Of a stretch of 64,000 bases of DNA, positions 18,143 to 27,984 are shown in pieces. Below the pieces are notes generated by a model. That model had not been told where the DNA came from. It did no database searches and saw nothing but the letters and a program-made list of their open reading frames with translations. The stretch is from NCBI GenBank assembly GCA_963696385.1, contig CAVOKF010000004.1, positions 544,001-608,000 of the forward strand. The letters run 5' to 3'. Origin of the DNA: an uncultured delta proteobacterium (GTDB lineage Bacteria > Myxococcota_A > Polyangia > Polyangiales > Polyangiaceae). Each line of letters opens with the position of its first letter. Within the stretch, counting starts at the first letter, position 1. Position numbers and translations under genes: made by a program.

Positions 18143-18529
18143 ATGAGCAGCGAGACCTACCACGAGCCGATTGATCTTCTCTCCGAAGAGACGCGAAACA
18201 TGCACCGCGCCATCGTCTCCCTCAAGGAGGAGCTTGAGGCGGTCGACTGGTATCAGCAGCGTGCCGAGGCATGCAGCGACGAGCAGCTTCGGGGGGTGCT
18301 CGTGCACAACAAGAACGAAGAGATCGAGCACGCGATGATGAACCTCGAGTGGATCCGCCGCCACAGCGAAGTCTTCGACGCGAACATCAAAACCTACGTC
18401 AACTCGAAAGGGCCCATCCTGGCCGTCGAGAAGCAGCAGACGGCGGGCGAGCCAGGCCGTAGCGCCGGCAGCCCACCCTCCGGGGGCTCGTCCAGCTTGG
18501 GCATCGGCAGTCTGAAGGAAAGCAAGTGA
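18143..18529 (+). CDS. Encapsulated ferritin-like protein (EncFtn/Flp cargo)
   Basis: YHEP..HRAIVSLKEELEAVDWYQQR..EEIEHA..LEWIRR; C-terminal cargo-loading peptide SLGIGSLK. Confidence 0.95.
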   Translation: MSSETYHEPIDLLSEETRNMHRAIVSLKEELEAVDWYQQRAEACSDEQLRGVLVHNKNEEIEHAMMNLEWIRRHSEVFDANIKTYVNSKGPILAVEKQQTAGEPGRSAGSPPSGGSSSLGIGSLKESK

Positions 18530-19375
18530 TGGATCTGCTCAAGCGCAAGCACGCACCGCTCACCGACGAGGCTTGGGAGCAGGTCGACAGGGAGGCTCGG
18601 CGCGTTCTGAAGCTCAACCTCGCGGGGCGCAAGGTCGTCGACTTCTCGGGGCCGCACGGCTGGACTTTCGGAGCGGTCAACACGGGCCGGCTCAAGCCGA
18701 TCGGCAAGGTCGCGGTCGGTGGAGTCTCTCACGCCATCCGCGCGGTTCAGCCTCTCGTCGAGGTCCGGGCTCCCTTTACGATGAAGATCGCCGAGCTCGA
18801 CGACGCGTCGCGCGGAGCCGACGATTTGGACCTGGATCCGGTGATCGCCGTTGCCGAGCGCGTCGCTCGCGCCGAAGACACGGCTATTTTTCACGGCTTC
18901 AAGGATGGGCAGATTACGGGCATCATCGAGGCGAGCCCCCACAAGCCCATCGGCGTGAACGCCATCCTCGAATGGCCGAGAGCCGTTGTCGCTGCACTCG
19001 AAGCCCTGCGCGCGGCGGGCATGAACGGCCCCTATGCCCTCGCCCTCGGCCTGCAAGCGTACGACGAGCTCGATGCCGACAGCGAGGACGGCTACCCCCT
19101 TCGGCAGCGCTTCGAGCAGAGCTTGCCCGACGTGTCGTTGGTCTGGGCGCCCGCGTTGCAGGGAGGCGCCGTGCTTCTGTCGACACGCGGGGGAGACTAC
19201 GAGCTGACCGTTGGGCAAGACCTGTCGGTCGGCTACGCCATCCACGATCGTACCGACGTAGATTCTGTTCCTCACCGAGTCGTTCACGTTCCGGGTGCTC
19301 GAAGAGAAGGCGGCCATATTCCTGAAGCGTGCCTTGCCCCGCGAAAGCGCGGGATCGGACAGGACCGGCGGATGA
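18529..19375 (+). CDS. Family 1 encapsulin shell protein, frameshifted near 19262
   Basis: MDLLKRKHAPLT..GRKVVDFSGPHG..RGGDYELTVGQDLSVGY. The conserved tail LFLTESFTFRVLE..AAI is in the +1 frame and ends at TGA 19373-19375. Confidence 0.9.
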
Positions 19376-19412
19376 CCGAGGCTTCGCGGCGAGTCCGAGC
19401 CGACGGTCTCCG

Positions 19413-19994
19413 CTAGCGACCTCTTCCGCGGACCGGATTCACCGGGGGCGAGCCTCCGACGAGCGCCGGATCGGCGGCCAAATAGAGGTCAATCACGAAA
19501 ATCAAATCGGTTCGCGGTTGGACATCGGGAGGTTTGCCCGCTTCGCCGAATGCAAGGCGCCAGGGCACGAAGACGCGGCGCTGTTCACCTGCGCGCATTC
19601 CGAGCATGGCTCTCTCGAACCCGCAGATGATCTTCGTGCTGCCGATCATGATCTCGAGCGGCGGGCCGTCTTTCCGGGTGTCATGGACGACGGTGCCGTC
19701 TGGCAGCCGGGCGATGTAGTGAACGCGAACGCTCTCACCGTCTCCGACGACCTTTCCACTGCCCGCCTCGAGCACTTCGACGCGCAGGCCCGTATCGTCG
19801 TGGAAATCCGCCGCGCATCGCTCGCCTTCAAGCCAGGGGTCGTCGGCGCGGGCGTTATCGGCCACGGTCTCGCGGGGAAATGTGGCGCCCCCGCAGGACA
19901 GACTGAGCGGCGCAGCGAGGATGGTCGTTGCAAGAAGCCGGCGGCCCTTCGTTACCTTGAAACCGATGTGCTGTAGCTTCAACATTTTATCCAT
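19413..19994 (-). CDS. FKBP-type peptidyl-prolyl isomerase (probable lipoprotein)
   Basis: VRVHY..DGTV..IICGFERAMLGMRAGEQRRVFVPWRLAFG; LSLSC lipobox; start uncertain. Confidence 0.88.
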   Translation of the reverse strand: MDKMLKLQHIGFKVTKGRRLLATTILAAPLSLSCGGATFPRETVADNARADDPWLEGERCAADFHDDTGLRVEVLEAGSGKVVGDGESVRVHYIARLPDGTVVHDTRKDGPPLEIMIGSTKIICGFERAMLGMRAGEQRRVFVPWRLAFGEAGKPPDVQPRTDLIFVIDLYLAADPALVGGSPPVNPVRGRGR

Positions 19995-20189
19995 CGCGAG
20001 GCACGGTGGCGGCAACGAACGCGAACAGGGCCCGGGACTCTAGCGGTTAAGCGCGAAACGACCACATCCAATCGACCGAGAGCGGGCGCCGCCCGAGTGG
20101 CTCGATGGGGTCCGGGCGGCTCGCGTCTGGTCGTGTGAATGCTGGAGACGAGTTCGGCGCGCCACGGCGGCCCGGCCTAGGATGAGCGC

Positions 20190-20564
20190 ATGCGTTTCCC
20201 TCTCGCTCCTGGAGTGATCGCTGCGAGTCTCGCAGGCGCAGTGCGCGCTGGTTCGGCAGATGCCGGTCTGACCGTACCCGTTACGATCACGATCGTCGGT
20301 CACGGAGAGATTCGTCTCGTCGTCGCCGACGGCGCGTCCCTTCCGTGCGACGCCTCGGACAATCGGGTGCTGATAAACGATCGGGTGAGGGCCGGCGATG
20401 AGATCAAGCTCAGCTCGACCAAGGGCTCGGTCTGCGTCGATCACACGTACGGATCGCTGCGCGAGTCGCAGTGGGCTGGGCCATCGATCTGGTCGGGCAG
20501 GGCCACATGGCCCGGAGGTCCTGAGGCCGTGATTCACGGCACCGTATCCACCGACCAGCCGTGA
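20190..20564 (+). CDS. Small secreted hypothetical protein
   Basis: Signal peptide; two Cys; TAGGAT 6 nt upstream of the ATG. Confidence 0.6.
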   Translation: MRFPLAPGVIAASLAGAVRAGSADAGLTVPVTITIVGHGEIRLVVADGASLPCDASDNRVLINDRVRAGDEIKLSSTKGSVCVDHTYGSLRESQWAGPSIWSGRATWPGGPEAVIHGTVSTDQP

Positions 20565-20578
20565 AACGCGTAACGCGG

Positions 20579-20896
20579 TCACGCAACAGGGCGTGTCTGC
20601 GCTGCGAGACGCGCGATGATTTCGGGTCGCAGGAGCCCAGCGACTTCGACGACTTTGGTCTTCGACGCCGCCCCCAGAGCCAAGCGGAGCGACCGTTTCG
20701 GAACGCCCAGCGCCTTCGCTAGCGTCGCAAGGAGTTCGTCGTTCGCCGCCCCGTCGACGGGTGGTGCCGCCAACGATATTTCCACCGAGAGCCCGTCGGC
20801 GCGAAGGACGCGGGATGTCTTCGCCCGAGGCTTCACACGCACGGTGATGCGAACGGCACCATTCGCCGCCGATTCACTGCGTCGTGCCATCGCCAT
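20579..20896 (-). CDS. DUF167/YggU-family protein
   Basis: VRVKPRAK..LAAPPVDGAANDEL..GAASKTK. Confidence 0.9.
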   Translation of the reverse strand: MAMARRSESAANGAVRITVRVKPRAKTSRVLRADGLSVEISLAAPPVDGAANDELLATLAKALGVPKRSLRLALGAASKTKVVEVAGLLRPEIIARLAAQTRPVA

Positions 20897-20987
20897 GTTC
20901 GTGCCGAGGACCCGGCCGCCTTGCCTCCCATGGGTTCTTTACCCCGCAACGGCGCGACGCACCATGAACCAAGCTCGGATTCGAGCA

Positions 20988-21851
20988 TCAGGGCTCGGCG
21001 CGCCACCACGAGCGCAGCAGCGTATGAGCCGACGTGACAACGACCGCAATGACGAGCCATTTCACCGCGTGGAGCGGCAGCGATCGCACGACCCACGCGG
21101 CCAAGAAAACGCCGGGCAGGCCGCCGACCGTGAGACCCACCGCGGCTTGGGGGGCGTACGCCTGGCGCGAGACGAAACGCGCGCTCGCGACGGGCATCAA
21201 GAACGCGCACGAGCCCATCATGATCGGAAAGGCGGCCGTCGGGTTCATTCCCAGCAGACTGACGAGCACCATGCAGGGGCCGTACAGACCGACGCCAAGC
21301 GTCATCCACGCCCCGAGAATGAAGTTGCCTGCGGCAGCCAGCGCCAGGCGTGGCCCACGAAGCGCGAGCGCGTCTCCTCCGGCGGGCAGGACGTGAAGTT
21401 GCTCGGCGCAGAGCATCGAGGCGGCCGCGACGAGTGCCACGCCGAGCCCGAGTTGAATGCGTTGCTTCGGCCACGTGGCCACGGTGCCGGCGCCGACCCA
21501 GGCGCCGGCCACCGATGCGGAAATCAGGAGGGCGAGCGTCGTGCCGTCGATGTGAACAATCGCAACATAAATGAACGCCTGCGCGATCGTCGGGATCGTG
21601 TGCCCGACGTTGAGCGTCCCGGGGATAAGGCGATCGGCGACGAGTCCGCGGAGCCTGAAAAGCGCCGTGGTCGTCGCGAACGAACCGATGCCGAGCGTGT
21701 CGAAAAAGTCCGTGACCAGGCCGACGAATACTTCGTAGGCGGAAGGCAGTGCGTCGCCGAGCGAGCGGCCCGCGCGGAGCGTTGCCAGCCAGCGATAGAC
21801 GAAGACTGCGCCCCAGATCCCGAGGACGAGGAGCAGAATGTCGACGGTCAC
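20988..21851 (-). CDS. TauE/SafE (TSUP) family permease
   Basis: TDFFDTLGIGSFATTT, PGTLNVGH, GVGLYGP..AFPIMMGS; multiple TM helices. Confidence 0.85.
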   Translation of the reverse strand: MTVDILLLVLGIWGAVFVYRWLATLRAGRSLGDALPSAYEVFVGLVTDFFDTLGIGSFATTTALFRLRGLVADRLIPGTLNVGHTIPTIAQAFIYVAIVHIDGTTLALLISASVAGAWVGAGTVATWPKQRIQLGLGVALVAAASMLCAEQLHVLPAGGDALALRGPRLALAAAGNFILGAWMTLGVGLYGPCMVLVSLLGMNPTAAFPIMMGSCAFLMPVASARFVSRQAYAPQAAVGLTVGGLPGVFLAAWVVRSLPLHAVKWLVIAVVVTSAHTLLRSWWRAEP

Positions 21852-21913
21852 GAGCGAGGACGTTAGGGCGATTTGTGGCCCCGGGATAATGTCCCTTCCG
21901 TCCGGAGGACCTC

Positions 21914-24064
21914 ATGCCCGAGAGAAACGATGGGAACGAGGCGAATTCGCCTGCGCGGCGATGGGTTCTCATGACGCTCGTCGCGGCATCCGCGTGTGCC
22001 CCCGCCGCGGATCCGACGCGCGTTCCGGTGGGCGAGGATGCGGTGCCTTCCAGTGAGCTCATGGTCGACGACCACGTCGCCACGGACAACGGCTGGCCGC
22101 GCGTCATCCGGGCGGGCAACCTCCAGGTGAAAGTGTATCAGCCTCAGGTCGAGACGTGGGACGATGACAAACTCCGCTCACGCGCGGCCGTCTCGGTTCA
22201 AACTCCCGCGTCCGCCGTGCCCGTTTATGGGGTCACGTGGCTGTCGGCGCGTACCGATGTCGACCGTGAGAACCGCCTGGTCACCTTGAACGACATTCGG
22301 GTCGACAGCGCCAGCTTTCCATCGCAGCCCGATCGTGCCGAAGAGTTCACGGCGGCCATCCGACAGCACATGCCGACGGGCCCCGTGTACGTGGCGCTCG
22401 ACCGACTCCAGGCGAGTTTGGCCGTTACGCGCGCCGAATCGAAACACCCGACCGTCCAGGTGCAGAACGATGTACCCCGGATTCTGTTCTCGACCACGCC
22501 CGCGATCCTCGTGCTCATCGACGGCCAGCCGGTGCTTCGCCCCGTGACCGACACAGGCCTGCTGCGCATCATCAACACGCGAGCGCTTCTGCTCTTCGAC
22601 CCGCGGGCCGGTCACTACTATCTTTCTCTGGCGGGCCACTGGATGACTTCCGGCGATCCTGCGGGGCCTTGGGTTGAGGCCCGCGACATTCATCCATCGA
22701 TCGCCGTCGCGCTCGATCGCGCCAAGGAAGTGGCGTCGCGCGGTCAGGCGGTCGATCTTCTCGACACGGCCGGGACGCCGCTCATGGACCAGCTGGCGCG
22801 AGGGGTGACTCCGACTCTCTACGTGAGCACAGTGCCGGCCGAGTTGATCGAGCTGCAGGGCCCACCTCAGCTCCAAGCCATTTCCGGGACCCAACTGCTC
22901 GAGGTCACGAACTCCACCTCGGACGTCTTCGTGGACACTGCGACCCCACTCTACTACGTGCTTTTGTCGGGGAGATGGTACAGCAGCCCCTCGCTCGAGC
23001 GCGGGCCGTGGACGTTCGTATCTGCGAAGAATTTGCCATCCGACTTCGCGCGAATCCCGGAAAACCATCCCAAGGGGATTGTGCTGGCTTCTGTGGCAGG
23101 GACGCCGGAGGCGCAACAAGCGGTCATTGCCAACGAGATTCCGCAGACGGTCGCCGTCGACCGCCACGCGGCGGAGCTCACGGTGAGCTACGACGGCGCG
23201 CCGAAATGGTCGCCGATCGAAGGCACAAGCCTCGCGTACGCCCTCAACTCGGCGACGCCGGTCATCCGCGTCGCTCCGACCCGCTACTATGCCGTCGACA
23301 ACGGGATCTGGTTCACAGCCGAGTCGCCGTTGGGGCCCTGGATCGTCGCTTCCTCGGTGCCGGACGTCATCTACACCATCCCCCCGAGTTCGCCGCTCTA
23401 CTACGTGACGTACGTCCGCGTTTATGACTCGACTCCCGAGGTCGTCCACGAGGGTTATACGCCCGGGTACCTGGGCTCGTACGTCGGCGATGACGATGTC
23501 GTCGTCTACGGCACGGGCTTCGTGTATCCCTGCTGGGCTGACAACGTCTGGATCGGCTCGCCGTGGACGTTTGGCTTCGACGTGGGGTGGGCCCCCGGCT
23601 TCTACTGGGGCTTCGGCTGGGGTTACGGGGTCGGCCTCGCGGTCGGCTTATGGCCCGGCATGCTCTTCCACCCCTGGTGGGGTCCGGCTGGTTGGGGCTG
23701 GGGCCACCGCGACATCGTCGTGCGCAACTACCAGGAGGCCAACTTGTACCGAAGCTCCTGGGGACGGAACGTGGTCGGCAATGCCTGGGAGCGGAATGCG
23801 GCCAGCAATCGGGCCTCCATGCCGGTGCGCAAGGTTCCGACCGTCGGCGGCGTCTATGCCGGTCACGACGGGCAAGTGTACCGGACCACGCCGGGATCGG
23901 GCTGGGAGCGCAATACCGGTGAAACCTGGCAGCGCACGGAGCCGACTCGAGATCTCGGACGCGAAGACACGGGACGCCAGGTAGGGGGCGCACACTGGCA
24001 GACCTTTCGTAGCGGCGGAGGATTCCAGGGCGGCGCATTCCACGGAGGTGGCCGACGTCGCTAG
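21914..24064 (+). CDS. Large hypothetical lipoprotein with Trp/Gly-rich and RGG-like C-terminus
   Basis: LVAASAC lipobox; WPR..VYQPQ; repeated YY.L..GxW..S..L.GPW units; GYTPGY. Confidence 0.8.
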   Translation: MPERNDGNEANSPARRWVLMTLVAASACAPAADPTRVPVGEDAVPSSELMVDDHVATDNGWPRVIRAGNLQVKVYQPQVETWDDDKLRSRAAVSVQTPASAVPVYGVTWLSARTDVDRENRLVTLNDIRVDSASFPSQPDRAEEFTAAIRQHMPTGPVYVALDRLQASLAVTRAESKHPTVQVQNDVPRILFSTTPAILVLIDGQPVLRPVTDTGLLRIINTRALLLFDPRAGHYYLSLAGHWMTSGDPAGPWVEARDIHPSIAVALDRAKEVASRGQAVDLLDTAGTPLMDQLARGVTPTLYVSTVPAELIELQGPPQLQAISGTQLLEVTNSTSDVFVDTATPLYYVLLSGRWYSSPSLERGPWTFVSAKNLPSDFARIPENHPKGIVLASVAGTPEAQQAVIANEIPQTVAVDRHAAELTVSYDGAPKWSPIEGTSLAYALNSATPVIRVAPTRYYAVDNGIWFTAESPLGPWIVASSVPDVIYTIPPSSPLYYVTYVRVYDSTPEVVHEGYTPGYLGSYVGDDDVVVYGTGFVYPCWADNVWIGSPWTFGFDVGWAPGFYWGFGWGYGVGLAVGLWPGMLFHPWWGPAGWGWGHRDIVVRNYQEANLYRSSWGRNVVGNAWERNAASNRASMPVRKVPTVGGVYAGHDGQVYRTTPGSGWERNTGETWQRTEPTRDLGREDTGRQVGGAHWQTFRSGGGFQGGAFHGGGRRR

Positions 24065-24229
24065 AGCGCCGAACAGGATCGACGCTAAAGCTCCCGCGGG
24101 GTCTCAGGAGCACGGCCCGCTCAAGGCCTAAACCTGCGGAATAGGAGCACCGGACGCGACGGCCGGCGAACCGCGAACGATTTTGCGGTAACGTAACCCA
24201 CGCGGTTGCGGTTTCGCGTCGGAGTGCCC

Positions 24230-24838
24230 ATGCAAGCGCGTTATGGCCGTGCCGGCTTCGGAGTTCGATTTCTATCGGGGCTGCACGTCATTGTCCTGAC
24301 GGCATGCGGCGGCTCCGTGTTGCCGGATAAGGGAGCCGATTCGATCGACGCGGCGGTCAACGGCGACGCATTGGCGTCCAACTTGGACGGGGTGAGCGTC
24401 TCATTCGGCGTGTATTGCTGCAGCTCGCCTCTCTTTCCTTCGGATCTGGTGGGAAACGAGTCGACGGCGACCGTCGGTTCCGTACCGAACGGCGCCCCGC
24501 TCTTCCCTGAAATTTCGGGCACGAACGATTCGAACTACGTCGTCCCGGCCAACGTCTACGTCGGCGCAAGCTCGATCGCGATCGACTTTCTTTCATTTTC
24601 GCCCCTAACCGAGGGCGCCTTCGACGGCTATGTTTTTACGTTCTCGAGCGCCACGCCTTCGCCCACTCCGTGGATCGTAGGCGCCACGCTGGATGCCGAA
24701 AGCTCGTTTACCAAGAGCCAGGTCATCGTGACCGTTCCGAACTCGAACACCGTCTGCATCAATGCGTCCGGCATTTCAGTCACTCCGCAATCCGTCATTG
24801 TCGTGGATCTCGTGCTCGCGGCGCCCGGCGAACGTTAG
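24230..24838 (+). CDS. Hypothetical lipoprotein
   Basis: VLTAC lipobox; GGAG RBS; beta-rich composition. Confidence 0.6.
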   Translation: MQARYGRAGFGVRFLSGLHVIVLTACGGSVLPDKGADSIDAAVNGDALASNLDGVSVSFGVYCCSSPLFPSDLVGNESTATVGSVPNGAPLFPEISGTNDSNYVVPANVYVGASSIAIDFLSFSPLTEGAFDGYVFTFSSATPSPTPWIVGATLDAESSFTKSQVIVTVPNSNTVCINASGISVTPQSVIVVDLVLAAPGER

Positions 24839-25001
24839 GAGTGCGTCTGGCCCGTGGTGGCTACGGCCGATGCGACGTCTGAGCCGTGGCGCCGAGCCGC
24901 CGACGCGATCGACGAAGGCCCGGTCCGCGCGGTGGGGTATGCGGCGCCGCGCCGAGCGCCGATCGTGGCAGGCTCGCGGTTCGCGTCATAGAGTACGGGT
25001 C

Positions 25002-25547
25002 GTGCGGACTGTGTCGCTCGGGCCCGTGTCGGCAGCCGCGTCGCGAGCGGCCCCGATCGGGGCGATTCCACTTTATCGCAGCACGGTCGATCTCGTGCAG
25101 CTTGCCCGATCCACGCTCGAGCCGCTCGAGCGCGAAGCGCGCAGTCTCGACGTGACGCTATCGATCGATAGCCTGGTCAGCCTCGATTCGGTATCGGTGG
25201 ATCCCGAGAAGATGGCGTGGGTGATCGCCACTCTCGCTGGAAACGCGCTCCGCTACGTTCGTCGCGGATCGCGCCGCCTGCCGGGCGGCGACATCGTCGT
25301 GCGCCTGTGCCGCGACGAGGCGGGCAAGACGGTCACGATTTCGGTGGAGGACGATGGGCCGGGAATCCCGGCCGACAAGCTGCCGTTCCTTTTCGAACGT
25401 CAAGCAGGCTCACAACACGCCGTTGGACTAGGGCTCACCCTTGTGAAGGACATCGTCGTCGCCCACGGCGGCAACGTCAAAGTCGACAGCAGCACGGACC
25501 ATCACGCACATGGCACTACGGTGCGCGTGACGCTCCCGACGACGTAA
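25002..25547 (+). CDS. Stand-alone histidine-kinase-type ATPase (HATPase_c) protein
   Basis: N box LAGNALRY, G1 VEDDGPGI, G2 GLGLTLVKDIVVAHGG; no H-box visible; start inferred from TAGAGT 7 nt upstream. Confidence 0.75.
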   Translation: MRTVSLGPVSAAASRAAPIGAIPLYRSTVDLVQLARSTLEPLEREARSLDVTLSIDSLVSLDSVSVDPEKMAWVIATLAGNALRYVRRGSRRLPGGDIVVRLCRDEAGKTVTISVEDDGPGIPADKLPFLFERQAGSQHAVGLGLTLVKDIVVAHGGNVKVDSSTDHHAHGTTVRVTLPTT

Positions 25548-26898
25548 TCGCGGGCGTGCTCGCCTGGAAAACCGACTTGAGCAGCGCAGGTGTAACCAGC
25601 GTCGTTGCGATGACGACGCAAACGAGCGCCGAGTAAAGCGGCCGATCCAGCAGAGGCTGGCCGCCGATGACGATCGATCCACCGATGCTCGCGTAAATCA
25701 GCGTCACTTCTCCGCGCGGGATCATCCCCACGGCGACCGGCATTCGGCGGACTCCCGAGGCACCGACCGCGCACGCGAGCTTGCCGAGGACTGCAGCCAG
25801 CGTGAGCGCGGCGGCGACACCCAGCGCGGGTCCGGAGGCGAGAGCACGCAGGTCGACGCGAGCCCCCATGACGACGAAAAAGACAGGGACGAGGAACGAC
25901 GAGACCGGTTCGACCAGCTCGCGCAGCGATCGCTCGCCGCGAGCGACGAAACGCGCCGAGTGGAAGTCTTCGAGAATCAATCCGGCCGTAAACGCTCCCA
26001 CGATCGGGGCAAGGCCGAGGGCATCGGCGACCCACGCGTGCACGAAACATAGGGCGAGCCCGATCGCGACCAGCGCGCCGCTCGTTCGCAGTCTCGCGAT
26101 GGCCGCGAAGAGAAGCGGGGCGGTACGCGAGCCGACGAGGAATGCGACACAGAAGAACGCAGTGGCTTTTGCTAGGGTCGCAGCGAGCGTCGCGATCGAC
26201 GGACTGCCGAACGCCCCCGCGGCAGAGACCGATCCGGTGACGAGCGTGAGAATGAGGAGGCCCAGAACATCATCGATGATCGCGGCGCCGAGGATGACGC
26301 GCGACTCCGGGGTTGCGGTCTTGCCGAGGTCTTTGAGCACGCGCGCCGTGACTCCCACGCTGGTCGCGGTAAGCGCGGCGCCGATGAAAACGTGCGAATA
26401 CATGCTGGCACCGCGGCGGACCGCTCCGGCGACCAACCAGCCGCACGCGAAGCTGAAGACCGTTCCGCAGATCGCCACGGCGAGCGCTGTGCGCCCGACG
26501 GCGAAGACCTCTCGCGCGGTGAGTTCGAGCCCCACGTCGAACAAGAGCACGAGCGCGCCAAGGCGTGCGATCATGTCGATCGACGGATCGTCCGGTAGCC
26601 TGAGCCCGCCGAGCCCGGGCAGATTTCCGAGGACCACTCCGGCCAAAAGCTCGCCCAGCACGGCCACCTGGCCGAGTCGAATAGCGGCGTGACCGCACAC
26701 GTTGGCGGCAACGAGAATGAGCGCGAGACCGAGAGCGACGGGCGCCACGCGATCGGCTGGCCCCGCCGCGGCCCGCGCCGCGGTTGGCAGCAGCGTCATG
26801 ACGACGGCCGCGCACCACGCCATCACCCTGTGCAATCTCCCCCGAACCAGCCGGACCATCTCGGGAGCGACACTAGGTTCGAAGGCAGGGTCTCCCAC
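25516..26898 (-). CDS. Cation:proton antiporter (CPA2)
   Basis: VLGELLAGVVLG, TATSVGVT, ILGAAIIDDVLG, VGMIPRGEV; start uncertain. Confidence 0.92.
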   Translation of the reverse strand: MGDPAFEPSVAPEMVRLVRGRLHRVMAWCAAVVMTLLPTAARAAAGPADRVAPVALGLALILVAANVCGHAAIRLGQVAVLGELLAGVVLGNLPGLGGLRLPDDPSIDMIARLGALVLLFDVGLELTAREVFAVGRTALAVAICGTVFSFACGWLVAGAVRRGASMYSHVFIGAALTATSVGVTARVLKDLGKTATPESRVILGAAIIDDVLGLLILTLVTGSVSAAGAFGSPSIATLAATLAKATAFFCVAFLVGSRTAPLLFAAIARLRTSGALVAIGLALCFVHAWVADALGLAPIVGAFTAGLILEDFHSARFVARGERSLRELVEPVSSFLVPVFFVVMGARVDLRALASGPALGVAAALTLAAVLGKLACAVGASGVRRMPVAVGMIPRGEVTLIYASIGGSIVIGGQPLLDRPLYSALVCVVIATTLVTPALLKSVFQASTPAITSSGASRAP

Positions 26899-27066
26899 AG
26901 CGAAATCCGGCCGACGTCACCTTCTTTCCACTTCGCCCGCGGTCCAGCTGCCGTCGTGCGGTCGTCCGCTGCCTTGGCGTTGACTACGGATCGAGCCACG
27001 CTGCCGAGAGCGAGCCTAGCCTCTCACGAACGCCAGGCGTGCGACGCCGTGACCCGGCGCCTCGAA

Positions 27067-27819
27067 TCAGCGTCGACGCGGAGGTCGCGCCGGCGCGCTG
27101 GCATCGGGCACCATGAAGGGACTGGGCGGGGCGGGCAGCACGGGGGGCGGACCGGGTGTCGGGGGTGCAGGCGCCGCACTGCCGACTGGCTGAGCATCGC
27201 CGTACTCGCATTCCCACGTGGACTCTTCGCCGGACGCGACGCACGTGCACGTCGCGCACAATGCGCTAAGGCAAGCCATATACTGGCAGCCTGGCCAGGT
27301 TCCAACGTCCCCCGGGGTCGGCAGGAACGCCGGAAGGGGTGGGCATGCTGGCGCGCCGTTCGACGGGGGACATGATGCGCTTCCGCTCAGTCCCCCGTCG
27401 GCGCTAACGAAGCCCACGCCGACGCTCCCGCCGATGGCCACTCCGCTACCGCTGCTGACGCTGCCGCCCGCGCCGGCGCCGGTGGCGAGGGGCCCGCTGG
27501 CATTGCCGGTGCCCGCGCTGCCGCCGGAGGGCCCGCTGCCACTGTCCTCCGCACTGGCCCCGGTGGCGGAGGGCCCGCCGCCGCTGCCGCCGCTACTGAC
27601 CCCCGGAGCGTCGGGCGGCTGCACGGGCGCCAACCCCGTCCCGCTGTTGGCGCTCGTGCCAGCGGCTGACCCCAATTGCGACGCGCCGCCGGCCGATGCA
27701 GTGTCGCCGGTCGCAACGTTCGGACCGAGGCCGCCTGGCTGCTCTTCGGAGCCGGGAGTCACGAGGCCGCCGCAGGCCACAAACAGGCTCAGAGCCAGCC
27801 CCGTGATCGCCCTCTTCAT
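27067..27819 (-). CDS. Gly/Ser-rich lipoprotein with Cys-rich domain
   Basis: MKRAITGLALSLFVAC lipobox; C-terminal CQY..C..C..CTC..WEC. Confidence 0.7.
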   Translation of the reverse strand: MKRAITGLALSLFVACGGLVTPGSEEQPGGLGPNVATGDTASAGGASQLGSAAGTSANSGTGLAPVQPPDAPGVSSGGSGGGPSATGASAEDSGSGPSGGSAGTGNASGPLATGAGAGGSVSSGSGVAIGGSVGVGFVSADGGLSGSASCPPSNGAPACPPLPAFLPTPGDVGTWPGCQYMACLSALCATCTCVASGEESTWECEYGDAQPVGSAAPAPPTPGPPPVLPAPPSPFMVPDASAPARPPRRR

Positions 27820-27984
27820 CGCCCAAGCATAGCGCCTTTTGCGCAGTGCACATCTTTGTGGGTGTGGAGCGGAGCTCCGGAAAAGGGCGCTCTGCGCGGC
27901 AGAGCTGATCCGATCGACATTGCCCGACACTTGCGGCATCATCTGCGTCCGCTGGCCGGACAGGGTTAGAACGAGGGACCTGCG

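Noticed and set aside
19261..19416. Encapsulin with a novel C-terminal extension or programmed frameshift
   Set aside because: The canonical tail is intact in the +1 frame, there is no obvious slippery sequence, and similar indels hit aroA and others, so sequencing error is simpler.
27218..27832. Pro-rich plus-strand ORF (204 aa)
   Set aside because: Antisense to the Gly-rich lipoprotein, which has a lipobox and a promoter-like element.
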